Counted from the first letter of the stretch, positions 24,249-36,997 are shown. The stretch is 64,000 nucleotides of DNA from Escherichia coli (GCF_003334405.1 NZ_QOWM01000005.1); one strand, 5' to 3'. The notes: generated by a model from the letters alone, not told the origin. A program made the numbers and translations.

Positions 24249-24501
24249 ACCGCGAAACGCCGCGTTTTAGCTGTTACCCGGCTGACGCGGCTCTCTCCTG
24301 CCCTTTTCCCTGCTCCTGGACGGTTTTCCCCCTGTTACACGGGAAGCGACCGCGATCAAAAAAGTCTGTTTATAAACTAATTCCTAACAACATCGCATTT
24401 TTTTGACACTAGAATTGCAGCAATATGGCGACGCCATTACATTGTGCTTCTCAAAAAGCTTAAACGTTGGCTAAACGGCCCGGTTTAGTGAGGATCGCCC
24501 G

Positions 24502-26793
24502 TTGTCAGAACTACTCTCTTTCGCCCTTTTTCTCGCCTCTGTGCTGATTTACGCATGGAAAGCGGGACGTAACACCTGGTGGTTTGCAGCCACATTAACG
24601 GTGCTGGGGCTATTTGTCGTTTTAAATATCACCCTGTTTGCCAGCGACTATTTTACTGGCGATGGTATTAACGACGCGGTTCTCTATACCTTAACCAACA
24701 GCCTGACCGGTGCTGGCGTCAGCAAATACATCCTGCCGGGTATCGGCATTGTGCTGGGGCTGACAGCGGTGTTCGGTGCGCTGGGCTGGATCCTGCGCCG
24801 TCGTCGTCATCATCCGCACCATTTTGGTTACAGCCTGCTTGCGCTCTTACTGGCGCTGGGTTCAGTGGATGCCAGCCCGGCATTTCGTCAGATAACGGAA
24901 CTGGTGAAATCCCAGTCACGCGACGGCGACCCGGACTTTGCGGCTTATTATAAAGAGCCGTCGAAAACTATCCCTGACCCGAAACTCAACCTGGTTTATA
25001 TCTACGGCGAAAGTCTCGAGCGAACCTATTTTGATAACGAAGCTTTCCCGGATCTCACGCCTGAACTGGGCGCGTTGAAAAATGAAGGCCTGGATTTCAG
25101 CCACACGCAGCAGCTGCCAGGAACGGATTACACGATTGCGGGCATGGTGGCTTCTCAGTGCGGCATACCGCTGTTTGCCCCCTTTGAAGGCAACGCCTCC
25201 GCCTCTGTCTCCAGCTTCTTCCCGCAGAACATCTGTCTGGGCGATATCCTGAAAAACTCGGGTTATCAGAACTATTTCGTGCAGGGCGCGAATCTGCGTT
25301 TTGCCGGTAAAGATGTGTTCCTGAAATCGCACGGCTTCGACCACTTATACGGCTCAGAAGAGCTGAAAAGCGTGGTGGCCGACCCGCACTATCGCAACGA
25401 CTGGGGATTCTACGACGATACCGTTCTCGATGAAGCGTGGAAAAAGTTTGAAGAGCTTTCCCGCTCAGGTCAGCGATTCTCACTGTTTACCCTGACGGTC
25501 GATACCCATCACCCGGATGGTTTTATCTCGCGCACCTGTAACCGCAAAAAATATGATTTTGACGGTAAGCCTAATCAGTCATTCAGCGCGGTAAGTTGCA
25601 GCCAGGAGAACATCGCGACGTTTATCAACAAAATCAAAGCGTCACCGTGGTTTAAAGATACCGTCATCGTCGTCTCTTCTGACCATTTAGCGATGAACAA
25701 CACGGCGTGGAAATACCTCAATAAGCAGGATCGCAATAACCTGTTTTTTGTCATTCGTGGCGACAAGCCGCAGCAAGAGACGCTGGCAGTGAAGCGTAAC
25801 ACGATGGATAACGGCGCGACGGTGCTGGACATTCTCGGTGGCGATAACTATCTCGGACTTGGTCGTAGCAGTTTATCCGGGCAGTCGATGTCGGAAATCT
25901 TCCTCAATATCAAAGAGAAAACATTGGCGTGGAAGCCAGATATCATCCGCCTGTGGAAATTCCCTAAAGAGATGAAAGAGTTCACCATCGACCAGCAGAA
26001 AAACATGATTGCCTTCTCGGGTAGCCATTTCCGTTTGCCGCTGCTGTTGCGGGTTTCAGACAAACGCGTGGAACCGCTGCCGGAAAGCGAATACTCAGCA
26101 CCGCTGCGTTTCCAGCTGGCCGATTTCGCTCCACGCGACAATTTCGTCTGGGTTGACCGTTGCTACAAGATGGCACAACTCTGGGCTCCGGAACTGGCAC
26201 TTTCCACCGACTGGTGTGTCTCGCAGGGGCAGCTTGGCGGTCAGCAAATTGTTCAGCATGTTGACAAAACAACATGGAAGGGCAAAACGGCATTTAAAGA
26301 TACGGTCATCGACATGGCGCGTTACAAAGGCAATGTCGATACGCTGAAGATTGTTGATAACGATATTCGCTACAAAGCCGACAGTTTCATCTTTAACGTC
26401 GCCGGTGCGCCAGAAGAGGTGAAACAGTTTAGCGGGATTTCCCGTCCGGAGTCGTGGGGCCGCTGGTCCAACGCGCAGCTGGGCGATGAAGTAAAAATCG
26501 AGTACAAGCATCCGCTGCCGAAGAAATTTGACCTGGTGATTACCGCCAAAGCATACGGCAATAACGCCAGCCGTCCTATTCCGGTACGCGTAGGCAATGA
26601 AGAACAAACTCTTGTGCTGGGCAATGAAGTGACCACCACCACACTGCATTTCGATAACCCAACCGATGCCGACACACTGGTAATTGTGCCGCCGGAACCT
26701 GTCTCAACCAACGAAGGGAATATCCTCGGACACTCGCCGCGTAAGCTCGGGATCGGCATGGTGGAAATTAAAGTGGTAGAACGTGAAGGGTAA
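24502..26793 (+). CDS. opgB: phosphoglycerol transferase I (OPG biosynthesis)
   Basis: 763-aa ORF starting at TTG ([22 protein letters not shown]); N-terminal TM helices plus sulfatase-like domain. Confidence 0.95.
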   Translation: MSELLSFALFLASVLIYAWKAGRNTWWFAATLTVLGLFVVLNITLFASDYFTGDGINDAVLYTLTNSLTGAGVSKYILPGIGIVLGLTAVFGALGWILRRRRHHPHHFGYSLLALLLALGSVDASPAFRQITELVKSQSRDGDPDFAAYYKEPSKTIPDPKLNLVYIYGESLERTYFDNEAFPDLTPELGALKNEGLDFSHTQQLPGTDYTIAGMVASQCGIPLFAPFEGNASASVSSFFPQNICLGDILKNSGYQNYFVQGANLRFAGKDVFLKSHGFDHLYGSEELKSVVADPHYRNDWGFYDDTVLDEAWKKFEELSRSGQRFSLFTLTVDTHHPDGFISRTCNRKKYDFDGKPNQSFSAVSCSQENIATFINKIKASPWFKDTVIVVSSDHLAMNNTAWKYLNKQDRNNLFFVIRGDKPQQETLAVKRNTMDNGATVLDILGGDNYLGLGRSSLSGQSMSEIFLNIKEKTLAWKPDIIRLWKFPKEMKEFTIDQQKNMIAFSGSHFRLPLLLRVSDKRVEPLPESEYSAPLRFQLADFAPRDNFVWVDRCYKMAQLWAPELALSTDWCVSQGQLGGQQIVQHVDKTTWKGKTAFKDTVIDMARYKGNVDTLKIVDNDIRYKADSFIFNVAGAPEEVKQFSGISRPESWGRWSNAQLGDEVKIEYKHPLPKKFDLVITAKAYGNNASRPIPVRVGNEEQTLVLGNEVTTTTLHFDNPTDADTLVIVPPEPVSTNEGNILGHSPRKLGIGMVEIKVVEREG

Positions 26794-26804
26794 TTCCTGA
26801 CTGA

Positions 26805-26835
26805 TGTGTAGGTCGCATAAGGTGCGACCTACACA
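26805..26835. terminator. hairpin between convergent opgB and lgoD
   Basis: tgtgtaggtcgcataaggtgcgacctacaca perfect inverted repeat. Confidence 0.5.
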
Positions 26836-26929
26836 CCTTCTACGGCTTACAACACATTATTAAGAAACAAAAAAACAGCGCCCAACACTTCCCCGGACGC
26901 TGCATGGCAACTTTAATAATCTCGCCTTA

Positions 26930-27952
26930 TCAGAAAGTAATTACACCCTTAATCAAATCACGATTGTTAATCACATCGCGCTCGTAGGTTTCTGCCAGCG
27001 TGGCGAACGGATAGCGATGGGTTAACATCATGTCAGCAGTGATTTTCCCTTCCGCCATCAGTCGACCGACTTTAGCGAAATCTTCCGGCGTGGCGTTGCG
27101 GCTGCCCATCATCGTCGTTTCTTTTTTATGGAATTCCGGATCAGAGAACTGCAACTCACCTTTAAACAGGCCGACAAATACCACCGTGCCGCCGTGACGA
27201 ATCAGATTCACGGTGTTATTCATCGCATGTTGATTACCTGTCGCGTCGATCACTTTCTGCGCCAGCGAACCACCAAACTGCGCCCGCAGCTGCGCGTCAA
27301 AATCTTCGGCTGACGGGTCCAGCACGGGCAACTCCAGACGCGTTGCCACATGTTCACGGCGCGCCGGACTGGTATCCGCCACCACCACCTGTGCGCCATC
27401 GGCTTTAGCGATTGCCGCCGCGCCCAGACCGATTGGCCCCGCCCCGACCACCAGCACCTGCTCGCCGGGAGCAATGGCTGCGCGACGCACCGCATGAGCG
27501 CTAATAGCGAAAGGTTCAATCAATGCGGCCGCCTGCGGGTCAATACCGTCTGCGGGCAAAATGTTCGCCACCGGCACGCTCAAATACTCACTAAAACCGC
27601 CATCCTGATGCACGCCGATGACTGAAATTTTTTCACAGCAATTGGTACGACCGCTTTTACACGCTGGGCATTGCTGACAGGCAACATAAGGGATCACAGC
27701 AACTTGCTGACCATTTTTAAGATCAGCAATATTTTTACCCAGCCCAACAATCTCCCCACATATTTCATGGCCTAAAACCCGTGGATAACTAAAAAATGGT
27801 TGATGTCCACCCCAGGCATGAATATCGGTACCGCAAATCCCGACAGACTTAATTTTTATTAATGCTTCATTGTCACCCGGAATAGGTATCTCGCGTTGTT
27901 TCCAGACTAATTCTTTCGGCTGCTGGCAAATTAAAACATTCATCGTAGACAT
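26930..27952 (-). CDS. lgoD: L-galactonate 5-dehydrogenase (Zn-dependent alcohol dehydrogenase family)
   Basis: 340-aa product MSTMNVLICQQPKELVWKQREIPIPGDNEAL with GHEICGEIV zinc motif. Confidence 0.9.
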   Translation of the reverse strand: MSTMNVLICQQPKELVWKQREIPIPGDNEALIKIKSVGICGTDIHAWGGHQPFFSYPRVLGHEICGEIVGLGKNIADLKNGQQVAVIPYVACQQCPACKSGRTNCCEKISVIGVHQDGGFSEYLSVPVANILPADGIDPQAAALIEPFAISAHAVRRAAIAPGEQVLVVGAGPIGLGAAAIAKADGAQVVVADTSPARREHVATRLELPVLDPSAEDFDAQLRAQFGGSLAQKVIDATGNQHAMNNTVNLIRHGGTVVFVGLFKGELQFSDPEFHKKETTMMGSRNATPEDFAKVGRLMAEGKITADMMLTHRYPFATLAETYERDVINNRDLIKGVITF

Positions 27953-28081
27953 GATTCGGCTCTCCATTTTTTGTTGCCTTAGATATCAATGAAAATGAAA
28001 AATGGCAGCGGAACGGAAAATCTGTTTTGTGAAAACACACGCATAAAAATGTTTTAAATCGGGTTTTAATGGACTCACAAG

Positions 28082-29276
<1,195 letters not shown>

Positions 29277-29378
29277 TGAGCGGTAGTAAAGTCCTAAAAC
29301 TTTAACCTGCCGTTAATGTCAACCTTGCGTAATGCACAATTACGTAAACAATTAAAATTATAAATATAGGAGTCCGGC

Positions 29379-30740
29379 GTGGAAAAAGAAAATATCACCA
29401 TCGATCCGCGTTCTTCATTTACTCCATCTTCGTCGGCAGATATTCCCGTGCCACCAGATGGATTAGTTCAACGCAGTACCCGAATTAAACGCATTCAAGC
29501 CACCGCCATGTTGTTATTATTTTTTGCGGCGGTAATCAATTATCTCGACCGCAGTTCGCTGTCGGTAGTAAATTTAACGATTCGTGAAGAATTGGGATTA
29601 AGTGCCACCGAAATCGGCGCTTTGCTCTCCGTGTTTTCACTCGCTTACGGGATTGCGCAACTTCCTTGCGGCCCACTATTGGATCGTAAAGGCCCACGCC
29701 TGATGCTGGGACTGGGGATGTTCTTCTGGTCACTGTTCCAGGCCATGTCTGGCATGGTGCACAGCTTTACGCAGTTCGTGTTGGTGCGTATTGGTATGGG
29801 GATTGGTGAAGCGCCGATGAACCCATGCGGTGTAAAAGTCATTAACGACTGGTTCAACATCAAAGAGCGCGGACGCCCGATGGGCTTTTTCAACGCAGCT
29901 TCTACCATTGGCGTTGCCGTAAGCCCACCGATTCTGGCGGCGATGATGCTGGTGATGGGCTGGCGCGGGATGTTTATTACCATTGGTGTACTGGGGATTT
30001 TTCTCGCCATCGGCTGGTATATGCTCTATCGCAACCGCGAGCACGTAGAACTGACTGCCGTTGAACAAGCTTATCTCAATGCAGGTAGCGTCAATGCCCG
30101 CCGAGATCCGCTCAGTTTTGCCGAATGGCGCAGCCTGTTCCGTAACCGCACAATGTGGGGAATGATGCTCGGATTCAGTGGCATCAACTACACTGCGTGG
30201 CTGTATCTGGCCTGGCTTCCTGGTTACCTGCAAACAGCCTATAACCTGGATTTAAAAAGCACAGGATTGATGGCGGCTATCCCTTTCCTGTTTGGGGCTG
30301 CCGGGATGCTGGTCAACGGTTACGTTACCGACTGGCTGGTCAAAGGGGGAATGGCTCCGATTAAAAGCCGTAAGATCTGCATTATTGCCGGGATGTTCTG
30401 TTCTGCCGCCTTTACGCTGGTCGTACCGCAAGCGACAACATCCATGACAGCGGTTCTGCTGATTGGCATGGCACTGTTTTGTATTCACTTTGCCGGAACA
30501 TCCTGCTGGGGCTTGATCCACGTCGCAGTTGCTTCTCGCATGACGGCGTCGGTGGGCAGTATCCAGAACTTTGCCAGCTTCATCTGCGCCTCTTTCGCGC
30601 CGATCATTACTGGTTTTATTGTTGATACCACCCATTCATTCCGTCTGGCACTAATCATCTGCGGTTGCGTCACTGCGGCGGGTGCACTGACGTACATCTT
30701 CCTGGTTCGTCAGCCGATCAACGCCCCACGGAAAGATTAA
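29379..30740 (+). CDS. lgoT: L-galactonate:H+ symporter (MFS)
   Basis: 453-aa 12-TM MFS ORF MEKENITIDPRSSFTPSSSADIPVPPDGLV. Confidence 0.9.
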   Translation: MEKENITIDPRSSFTPSSSADIPVPPDGLVQRSTRIKRIQATAMLLLFFAAVINYLDRSSLSVVNLTIREELGLSATEIGALLSVFSLAYGIAQLPCGPLLDRKGPRLMLGLGMFFWSLFQAMSGMVHSFTQFVLVRIGMGIGEAPMNPCGVKVINDWFNIKERGRPMGFFNAASTIGVAVSPPILAAMMLVMGWRGMFITIGVLGIFLAIGWYMLYRNREHVELTAVEQAYLNAGSVNARRDPLSFAEWRSLFRNRTMWGMMLGFSGINYTAWLYLAWLPGYLQTAYNLDLKSTGLMAAIPFLFGAAGMLVNGYVTDWLVKGGMAPIKSRKICIIAGMFCSAAFTLVVPQATTSMTAVLLIGMALFCIHFAGTSCWGLIHVAVASRMTASVGSIQNFASFICASFAPIITGFIVDTTHSFRLALIICGCVTAAGALTYIFLVRQPINAPRKD

Positions 30741-30749
30741 TCTCCCTAT

Positions 30750-30783
30750 GCCCGATAACATTTTGCTTATCGGGCATTTTTAT
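30750..30783. terminator. terminator hairpin between convergent lgoT and tsr
   Basis: gcccgataa-cattttg-cttatcgggc followed by attttta. Confidence 0.7.
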
Positions 30784-30788
30784 GGCGA

Positions 30789-32453
30789 TTAAAACGTTTC
30801 CCAGTTCTCCCCGCTATCTGCTACGGCCATTTTACGCGGCGCAGCTGGCGTCACGGTTTTTACCACAGCCGATGTTTCACGCTGATGTTGCTGCTGTTGC
30901 TGAATCCGGAACACTGCCACAGCTTCGGTCAGGCGACTGGCCTGCTCTTCCAGCGCGGCGGCGGCGGCGGCAGATTCTTCCACCAGCGCAGCGTTCTGTT
31001 GAGTTACCCGGTCCATCTCAGCGACCGCTAAGCCAACCTGATCGATACCACGGCTCTGCTCATCAGAAGCAGAAGCTATTTCGCCCATAATGTCCGTCAC
31101 GCGGGTCACAGCACTGACAATCTCCGCCATTGTTTCCCCGGCGCTTTCGACCAGCGTAGAGCCAACATCCACTTTCCCCACCGAGTCTTCAATCAGGCTT
31201 TTAATTTCACGAGCCGCCTGGGCGCTACGCTGGGCCAGATTACGCACTTCTCCCGCAACCACCGCAAAACCGCGCCCTTGCTCACCCGCACGCGCTGCTT
31301 CAACCGCCGCGTTCAAAGCCAGAATATTGGTCTGGAAGGCAATGCCGTCAATTACGCTGATAATATCGGCGATTTTCTGCGAGCTGGTGGAGATATCGCG
31401 CATAGTCTGTACTACGTTATCCACCACTTTGCCGCCACGTTGCGCCGTTTCAGAAGCACTTAACGCCAGGTGGCTGGCCTGGCGCGCATTCTCGGCGTTC
31501 TGTTTCACCGTTGCGGTCAGTTGCTCCATGCTGGCTGCCGTCTCTTCCAGCGAAGCGGCCTGTTGCTCGGTGCGCGAAGAGAGATCGTTATTGCCGGTGG
31601 CGATTTCGCTGGCACCGCTATAAATGGCATTGGCCCCGTTGCGCACATCACCGACGGTACGCATCAGCTCTCCCTGCATATGGCGCAAACTCTCTGCCAG
31701 TTGCCCCATCTCATTAGAGCCATCCACCTCAATCGGTTTCACCAGATCGCCGCCTGCAATATGACGAATGCTGTCAATCAGGCGATTCATTGGCGCTACC
31801 AGCGAGGCTTTAATACCGAACCAGACGGCGAAGATGACCGCCAGTACGACGATCATCACGCCCACCAGAATCCACATCGCCTGGCTGTAGGAGGCATTAT
31901 TATCGCTGACGGCGATATCATAGAGCCGATCGTTTTGCTCCATGTAAGCCACATACTGCTTCTCGAAACCGTCCTGATATCCCTGGGTCGGCTGATCAAA
32001 GAACTCGTTGATTTTGCCTGCACCTAACAGTTGGATCAGCTCCGCCAGCGCATTGTGATAAATATCGTAATTACGTTTGATCTCTGCCGCTGCGGCGGTG
32101 CTCTGACGCGGGTCACGCGGCAACGCTTCGTAATCCGCCCAGTTTTTTTCCGCCTGTTTCAGCGAAATACTGGCACTCTCCATCAGCTCAGCAACGGTTG
32201 AACCGCTACCAATATTATTCTGATCCATCATGTAGCGGATACCCGCGCGGTTGAGGGTGTTACGCGTCTGCAACAACGCGACCCAGCTGCCATTCAGCGT
32301 GGATTGCTGCTGGCGAATGGTTTGTAAAACAGTGAAATTTTCTTTGTCATTCTTTAAGGCATTAAAGAACAGACCGCCTGATGTCAGTTGTAAAAGGCCA
32401 AAAACGGCCAAAACCAGCAGTAAGCTGGTCACAATTTTGATACGTTTTAACAT
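30789..32453 (-). CDS. tsr: methyl-accepting chemotaxis protein I (serine chemoreceptor)
   Basis: 554-aa [24 protein letters not shown] ending NWETF pentapeptide. Confidence 0.95.
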   Translation of the reverse strand: MLKRIKIVTSLLLVLAVFGLLQLTSGGLFFNALKNDKENFTVLQTIRQQQSTLNGSWVALLQTRNTLNRAGIRYMMDQNNIGSGSTVAELMESASISLKQAEKNWADYEALPRDPRQSTAAAAEIKRNYDIYHNALAELIQLLGAGKINEFFDQPTQGYQDGFEKQYVAYMEQNDRLYDIAVSDNNASYSQAMWILVGVMIVVLAVIFAVWFGIKASLVAPMNRLIDSIRHIAGGDLVKPIEVDGSNEMGQLAESLRHMQGELMRTVGDVRNGANAIYSGASEIATGNNDLSSRTEQQAASLEETAASMEQLTATVKQNAENARQASHLALSASETAQRGGKVVDNVVQTMRDISTSSQKIADIISVIDGIAFQTNILALNAAVEAARAGEQGRGFAVVAGEVRNLAQRSAQAAREIKSLIEDSVGKVDVGSTLVESAGETMAEIVSAVTRVTDIMGEIASASDEQSRGIDQVGLAVAEMDRVTQQNAALVEESAAAAAALEEQASRLTEAVAVFRIQQQQQHQRETSAVVKTVTPAAPRKMAVADSGENWETF

Positions 32454-32483
32454 GGTTTCTCTTTCCTGTGGACCGATGCAAGA

Positions 32484-32510
32484 TTTTCGGCCAGGAAAGG
32501 AAAAACTTTA
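32484..32510 (-). promoter_or_regulatory. sigma28 (FliA) class 3 promoter of tsr
   Basis: minus strand reads TAAAGTTT - 11 bp - GCCGAAAA, close to the TAAAGTTT-N11-GCCGATAA consensus, about 30 bp upstream of tsr ATG. Confidence 0.65.
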
Positions 32511-32829
32511 TGAATATCCCGCGGAGATTACGCCGAGTAATTTTATTCACACTCTGAATTTAAAAAGCCATTATTTACATAAATTACTCACAATATAAAT
32601 ATGTGATATGAATCACATATTTATCGTCACTTAAACGACGCCTTTGCCGCTCAACCGCAAAACTGACCGCTTACATCCCTAAAATAACCACTCAGTTATT
32701 TACCTTACTTTACGCGCGCGTAACTCTGGCAACATCACTACAGGATAGCGGTCAATTTACCTCCTCAAACGCAACGCAAACCTAGAACGGCTTCGGCCAA
32801 CTATTAATCAATACATGCCAGGTTTTACT

Positions 32830-34980
32830 ATGGATACTAAAAAGATATTCAAGCACATACCCTGGGTGATTCTCGGAATCATCGGTGCATTCTGCCTCGC
32901 GGTAGTTGCATTACGTCGGGGGGAGCACGTCAGCGCCCTGTGGATCGTGGTCGCCTCTGTGTCGGTGTATCTGGTGGCGTATCGCTACTACAGTCTGTAC
33001 ATCGCCCAGAAGGTGATGAAACTCGACCCCACGCGCGCGACGCCTGCGGTTATTAACAACGACGGTTTGAACTACGTTCCGACCAACCGTTACGTGTTGT
33101 TTGGTCACCACTTCGCCGCTATCGCCGGTGCTGGTCCGCTGGTGGGTCCGGTTCTCGCCGCGCAGATGGGCTACCTGCCTGGCACGCTGTGGCTGCTGGC
33201 GGGGGTCGTGCTGGCCGGTGCGGTTCAGGACTTTATGGTGCTGTTTATCTCCTCTCGCCGTAATGGCGCATCTCTTGGTGAGATGATCAAAGAAGAGATG
33301 GGACCAGTACCGGGGACTATCGCGCTGTTTGGCTGTTTCTTAATCATGATCATCATCCTCGCCGTCCTGGCGCTGATTGTGGTTAAAGCCCTGGCCGAAA
33401 GTCCGTGGGGTGTCTTCACCGTTTGCTCAACCGTACCGATTGCGCTGTTTATGGGTATCTACATGCGCTTTATTCGTCCGGGGCGTGTGGGTGAAGTCTC
33501 TGTCATTGGTATCGTGCTGCTGGTTGCCTCTATCTACTTCGGTGGCGTGATTGCTCACGATCCGTACTGGGGTCCGGCACTGACCTTTAAAGACACCACC
33601 ATTACCTTCGCGCTGATTGGCTATGCGTTTGTTTCCGCACTGCTGCCAGTGTGGCTGATCCTCGCACCGCGCGACTATCTGGCAACCTTCCTGAAAATCG
33701 GCGTTATCGTCGGCCTGGCGCTGGGTATCGTGGTGCTGAACCCGGAACTGAAAATGCCTGCCATGACCCAGTACATTGACGGTACTGGCCCGCTGTGGAA
33801 AGGCGCTCTGTTCCCGTTCCTGTTCATCACCATCGCCTGTGGTGCGGTATCTGGCTTCCACGCGCTGATCTCTTCCGGTACGACGCCAAAACTGCTGGCT
33901 AATGAAACCGACGCGCGTTTCATCGGCTACGGCGCAATGCTGATGGAGTCCTTCGTGGCGATTATGGCGCTGGTTGCTGCGTCCATCATCGAACCGGGTC
34001 TTTACTTCGCGATGAACACCCCGCCTGCTGGCCTTGGCATCACCATGCCTAACCTGCATGAAATGGGGGGCGAGAACGCGCCGATCATCATGGCGCAGCT
34101 GAAAGACGTTACCGCACACGCGGCAGCGACCGTCAGCTCCTGGGGCTTCGTGATTTCGCCAGAGCAGATCCTGCAAACCGCGAAAGACATTGGTGAGCCT
34201 TCTGTCCTGAACCGTGCAGGTGGTGCGCCGACGCTGGCGGTAGGTATCGCTCACGTGTTCCACAAAGTGCTGCCGATGGCTGACATGGGCTTCTGGTATC
34301 ACTTCGGTATTCTGTTCGAAGCACTGTTCATCCTGACCGCGCTGGATGCGGGTACCCGTTCTGGCCGCTTTATGCTGCAAGACCTGCTGGGTAACTTCAT
34401 CCCGTTCCTGAAAAAAACCGACTCTCTGGTTGCCGGTATCATCGGTACTGCGGGCTGTGTGGGTCTGTGGGGCTACCTGCTGTATCAGGGCGTGGTCGAT
34501 CCGCTGGGCGGCGTTAAGAGCCTGTGGCCGCTGTTCGGTATTTCCAACCAGATGCTGGCAGCCGTAGCGCTGGTACTGGGCACCGTTGTGCTGATTAAGA
34601 TGAAGCGCACCCAATACATCTGGGTAACTGTTGTTCCGGCTGTATGGCTGCTTATCTGCACCACCTGGGCGCTGGGCCTGAAACTGTTCAGCACCAACCC
34701 GCAGATGGAAGGCTTCTTCTACATGGCAAGCCAGTACAAAGAGAAGATTGCTAACGGTACTGACCTGACGACGCAGCAGATTGCCAACATGAACCACATC
34801 GTTGTGAACAACTACACCAACGCAGGTCTGAGTATTCTGTTCCTGATTGTGGTGTACAGCATCATCTTCTACGGTTTCAAAACCTGGCTTGCGGTGCGTA
34901 ACAGCGACAAACGTACTGACAAAGAAACACCGTACGTTCCAATCCCGGAAGGCGGCGTGAAGATCTCTTCGCACCACTAA
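32830..34980 (+). CDS. btsT: CstA-family pyruvate/H+ symporter
   Basis: 716-aa product from ATG 32830 (MDTKKIFKHIPWVILGIIGAF); track ORF starts 32815. Confidence 0.93.
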   Translation: MDTKKIFKHIPWVILGIIGAFCLAVVALRRGEHVSALWIVVASVSVYLVAYRYYSLYIAQKVMKLDPTRATPAVINNDGLNYVPTNRYVLFGHHFAAIAGAGPLVGPVLAAQMGYLPGTLWLLAGVVLAGAVQDFMVLFISSRRNGASLGEMIKEEMGPVPGTIALFGCFLIMIIILAVLALIVVKALAESPWGVFTVCSTVPIALFMGIYMRFIRPGRVGEVSVIGIVLLVASIYFGGVIAHDPYWGPALTFKDTTITFALIGYAFVSALLPVWLILAPRDYLATFLKIGVIVGLALGIVVLNPELKMPAMTQYIDGTGPLWKGALFPFLFITIACGAVSGFHALISSGTTPKLLANETDARFIGYGAMLMESFVAIMALVAASIIEPGLYFAMNTPPAGLGITMPNLHEMGGENAPIIMAQLKDVTAHAAATVSSWGFVISPEQILQTAKDIGEPSVLNRAGGAPTLAVGIAHVFHKVLPMADMGFWYHFGILFEALFILTALDAGTRSGRFMLQDLLGNFIPFLKKTDSLVAGIIGTAGCVGLWGYLLYQGVVDPLGGVKSLWPLFGISNQMLAAVALVLGTVVLIKMKRTQYIWVTVVPAVWLLICTTWALGLKLFSTNPQMEGFFYMASQYKEKIANGTDLTTQQIANMNHIVVNNYTNAGLSILFLIVVYSIIFYGFKTWLAVRNSDKRTDKETPYVPIPEGGVKISSHH

Positions 34981-34989
34981 CCGTGTTTA

Positions 34990-35016
34990 GCCCCGCTTCG
35001 GCGGGGCTTTGTTCTT
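34990..35016 (+). terminator. hairpin after btsT
   Basis: gccccgc-ttcg-gcggggc followed by tttgttctt. Confidence 0.6.
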
Positions 35017-35029
35017 ATCAGAGTGAACT

Positions 35030-35233
35030 ATGTTTGGTAACTTAGGACAGGCAAAAAAATATCTCGGCCAGGCGGCGAAGATGTTGATTGGCATTCCAGA
35101 CTACGACAACTACGTCGAGCATATGAAGACCAACCATCCCGACAAGCCGTACATGAGCTATGAAGAATTCTTCCGCGAACGCCAGAACGCACGCTACGGC
35201 GGCGATGGTAAAGGCGGTATGCGCTGTTGTTAA
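35030..35233 (+). CDS. yjiX: small protein YjiX (DUF466)
   Basis: 67-aa [51 protein letters not shown]. Confidence 0.85.
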
Positions 35234-35243
35234 TGGAGAGAGC

Positions 35244-36200
35244 ATGAACCCGATTGCAGTTACCCTACTCACCGGTTTTTTAGGCGCGGGCAAAACCACC
35301 CTGCTGCGCCATATTCTTAACGAACAACACGGCTACAAGATTGCCGTGATTGAAAACGAATTCGGCGAAGTCTCCGTTGATGATCAACTGATTGGCGACC
35401 GCGCCACGCAGATCAAAACGCTGACCAACGGCTGCATCTGCTGTTCGCGCTCCAACGAGCTGGAAGACGCACTACTCGACCTGCTGGATAATCTCGACAA
35501 GGGCAATATTCAGTTCGACCGTCTGGTCATTGAATGCACCGGCATGGCCGATCCCGGCCCGATTATTCAGACCTTTTTCTCCCATGAGATTTTATGCCAG
35601 CGCTACCTGCTGGACGGCGTGATTGCGCTGGTGGATGCGGTACATGCCGATGAGCAGATGAACCAGTTCACCATCGCCCAGTCCCAGGTTGGCTACGCCG
35701 ACCGTATTCTGCTGACGAAAACCGACGTCGCAGGCGAAGCAGAGAAACTGCGTGAACGCCTGGCGCGCATCAACGCCCGCGCACCGGTCTACACCGTTAC
35801 CCACGGCGATATCGACCTGGGCCTTCTGTTCAACACCAACGGTTTTATGCTGGAAGAAAACGTCGTCAGCACCAAACCGCGTTTCCACTTTATCACGGAC
35901 AAACAAAACGATATTTCGTCGATTGTGGTGGAACTGGATTACCCGGTAGATATCAGCGAAGTTTCCCGGGTGATGGAAAACCTGCTGCTGGAGTCGGCGG
36001 ATAAACTACTGCGTTACAAAGGGATGCTATGGATTGACGGCGAACCTAACCGCCTGCTATTCCAGGGCGTCCAACGCCTCTACAGCGCCGACTGGGACCG
36101 CCCGTGGGGCGATGAAAAACCGCATAGCACGATGGTGTTTATCGGGATTCAGTTGCCGGAGGAAGAGATTCGGGCAGCGTTTGCGGGGTTGAGGAAGTAA
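35244..36200 (+). CDS. yjiA: COG0523/CobW-family GTPase YjiA
   Basis: 318-aa product MNPIAVTLLTGFLGAGKTTLLRHIL with P-loop and CxCC motif. Confidence 0.93.
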   Translation: MNPIAVTLLTGFLGAGKTTLLRHILNEQHGYKIAVIENEFGEVSVDDQLIGDRATQIKTLTNGCICCSRSNELEDALLDLLDNLDKGNIQFDRLVIECTGMADPGPIIQTFFSHEILCQRYLLDGVIALVDAVHADEQMNQFTIAQSQVGYADRILLTKTDVAGEAEKLRERLARINARAPVYTVTHGDIDLGLLFNTNGFMLEENVVSTKPRFHFITDKQNDISSIVVELDYPVDISEVSRVMENLLLESADKLLRYKGMLWIDGEPNRLLFQGVQRLYSADWDRPWGDEKPHSTMVFIGIQLPEEEIRAAFAGLRK

Positions 36201-36233
36201 TTTTGGATGATGGCCGCCATGTGGCGGCCTGAA

Positions 36234-36536
36234 TTATTTTTTGTTCTGATCGCGCAGCATCGCTTCACGTAAAATTGCGTTCAGGCGAGTTTGATAGCCT
36301 TTACCTGGTCGCTTCAACCATTCCATCACATCAGCATCAATACGCACCGAAGCCTGAGTTTTCAATGGCCGATAAAACTTACCGCGTTCGGCGTTAGACC
36401 ATTGCTCATCGCTGGAAGGTGGGATATCACTGTAATCAATATCTTCGTCGGATTTATTCGCCAGCGCCTTCAGTTCGGCCTCATGCTGCACATCGAGTGT
36501 AGAGGAGGTCCCTCGTTTATGTTTAACCATGCTCAT
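36234..36536 (-). CDS. BrnA-like antitoxin (100 aa, RHH/CopG-like)
   Basis: ORF from ATG 36536 (MSMVKHKRGTSSTLDVQHEAELKAL...VRIDADVMEWLKRPGKGYQTRLNAILREAML); start overlaps the stop of the upstream toxin frame (ATGAGCATGGTTAA). Confidence 0.7.
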   Translation of the reverse strand: MSMVKHKRGTSSTLDVQHEAELKALANKSDEDIDYSDIPPSSDEQWSNAERGKFYRPLKTQASVRIDADVMEWLKRPGKGYQTRLNAILREAMLRDQNKK

Positions 36537-36794
36537 AGCGATTCCTCTCTTTACGATCTGCTTTTCGTGCACTGATGATTCGAATAATTTCATTTCCGCT
36601 TTCGAAACGGATGGTATGCGCAACCAGAATAACCACGATGCCGTAATGTCTGCCAGCGATACTCACCGTTTTCTATGCGTTCTTGCTGTGACAAATGTTG
36701 TGGATCATCAAACAATAACACCGCATCTTCAAAGCGGATGCCATGTTTCACCCGATTACTTTTGGCCTTGTTTTCATCCCATTCAAACTCCATT
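36523..36794 (-). pseudogene. BrnT-like (DUF497) toxin gene disrupted by a 1-nt frameshift near 36640-36650
   Basis: N-terminal frame MEFEWDENKAKSNRVKHGIRFEDAVLLFDDPQHLSQQERIENGEYRWQTL then runs into a stop at 36590; the BrnT-like C-terminus GIVVILVAHTIRFESGNEIIRIISARKADRKERNRYEHG is in a different frame ending at TAA 36523. Confidence 0.65.
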
Positions 36795-36997
36795 GGCATA
36801 ATTGCCATCCCTAATTGTATATACAAAAATGTATCTACAATTATTCTGCAATTATAGCGTTGATGTTGGAAATAGCATCACGTTTCGAATAATCAACCAT
36901 GAAATTGACAATGAGTAAGTTGGACTTGATTCATCCAATAGAATTTCTCGCCTGACATGGCACACTAAACACCTCGCTGTCGGGTAATGACTCCAAC

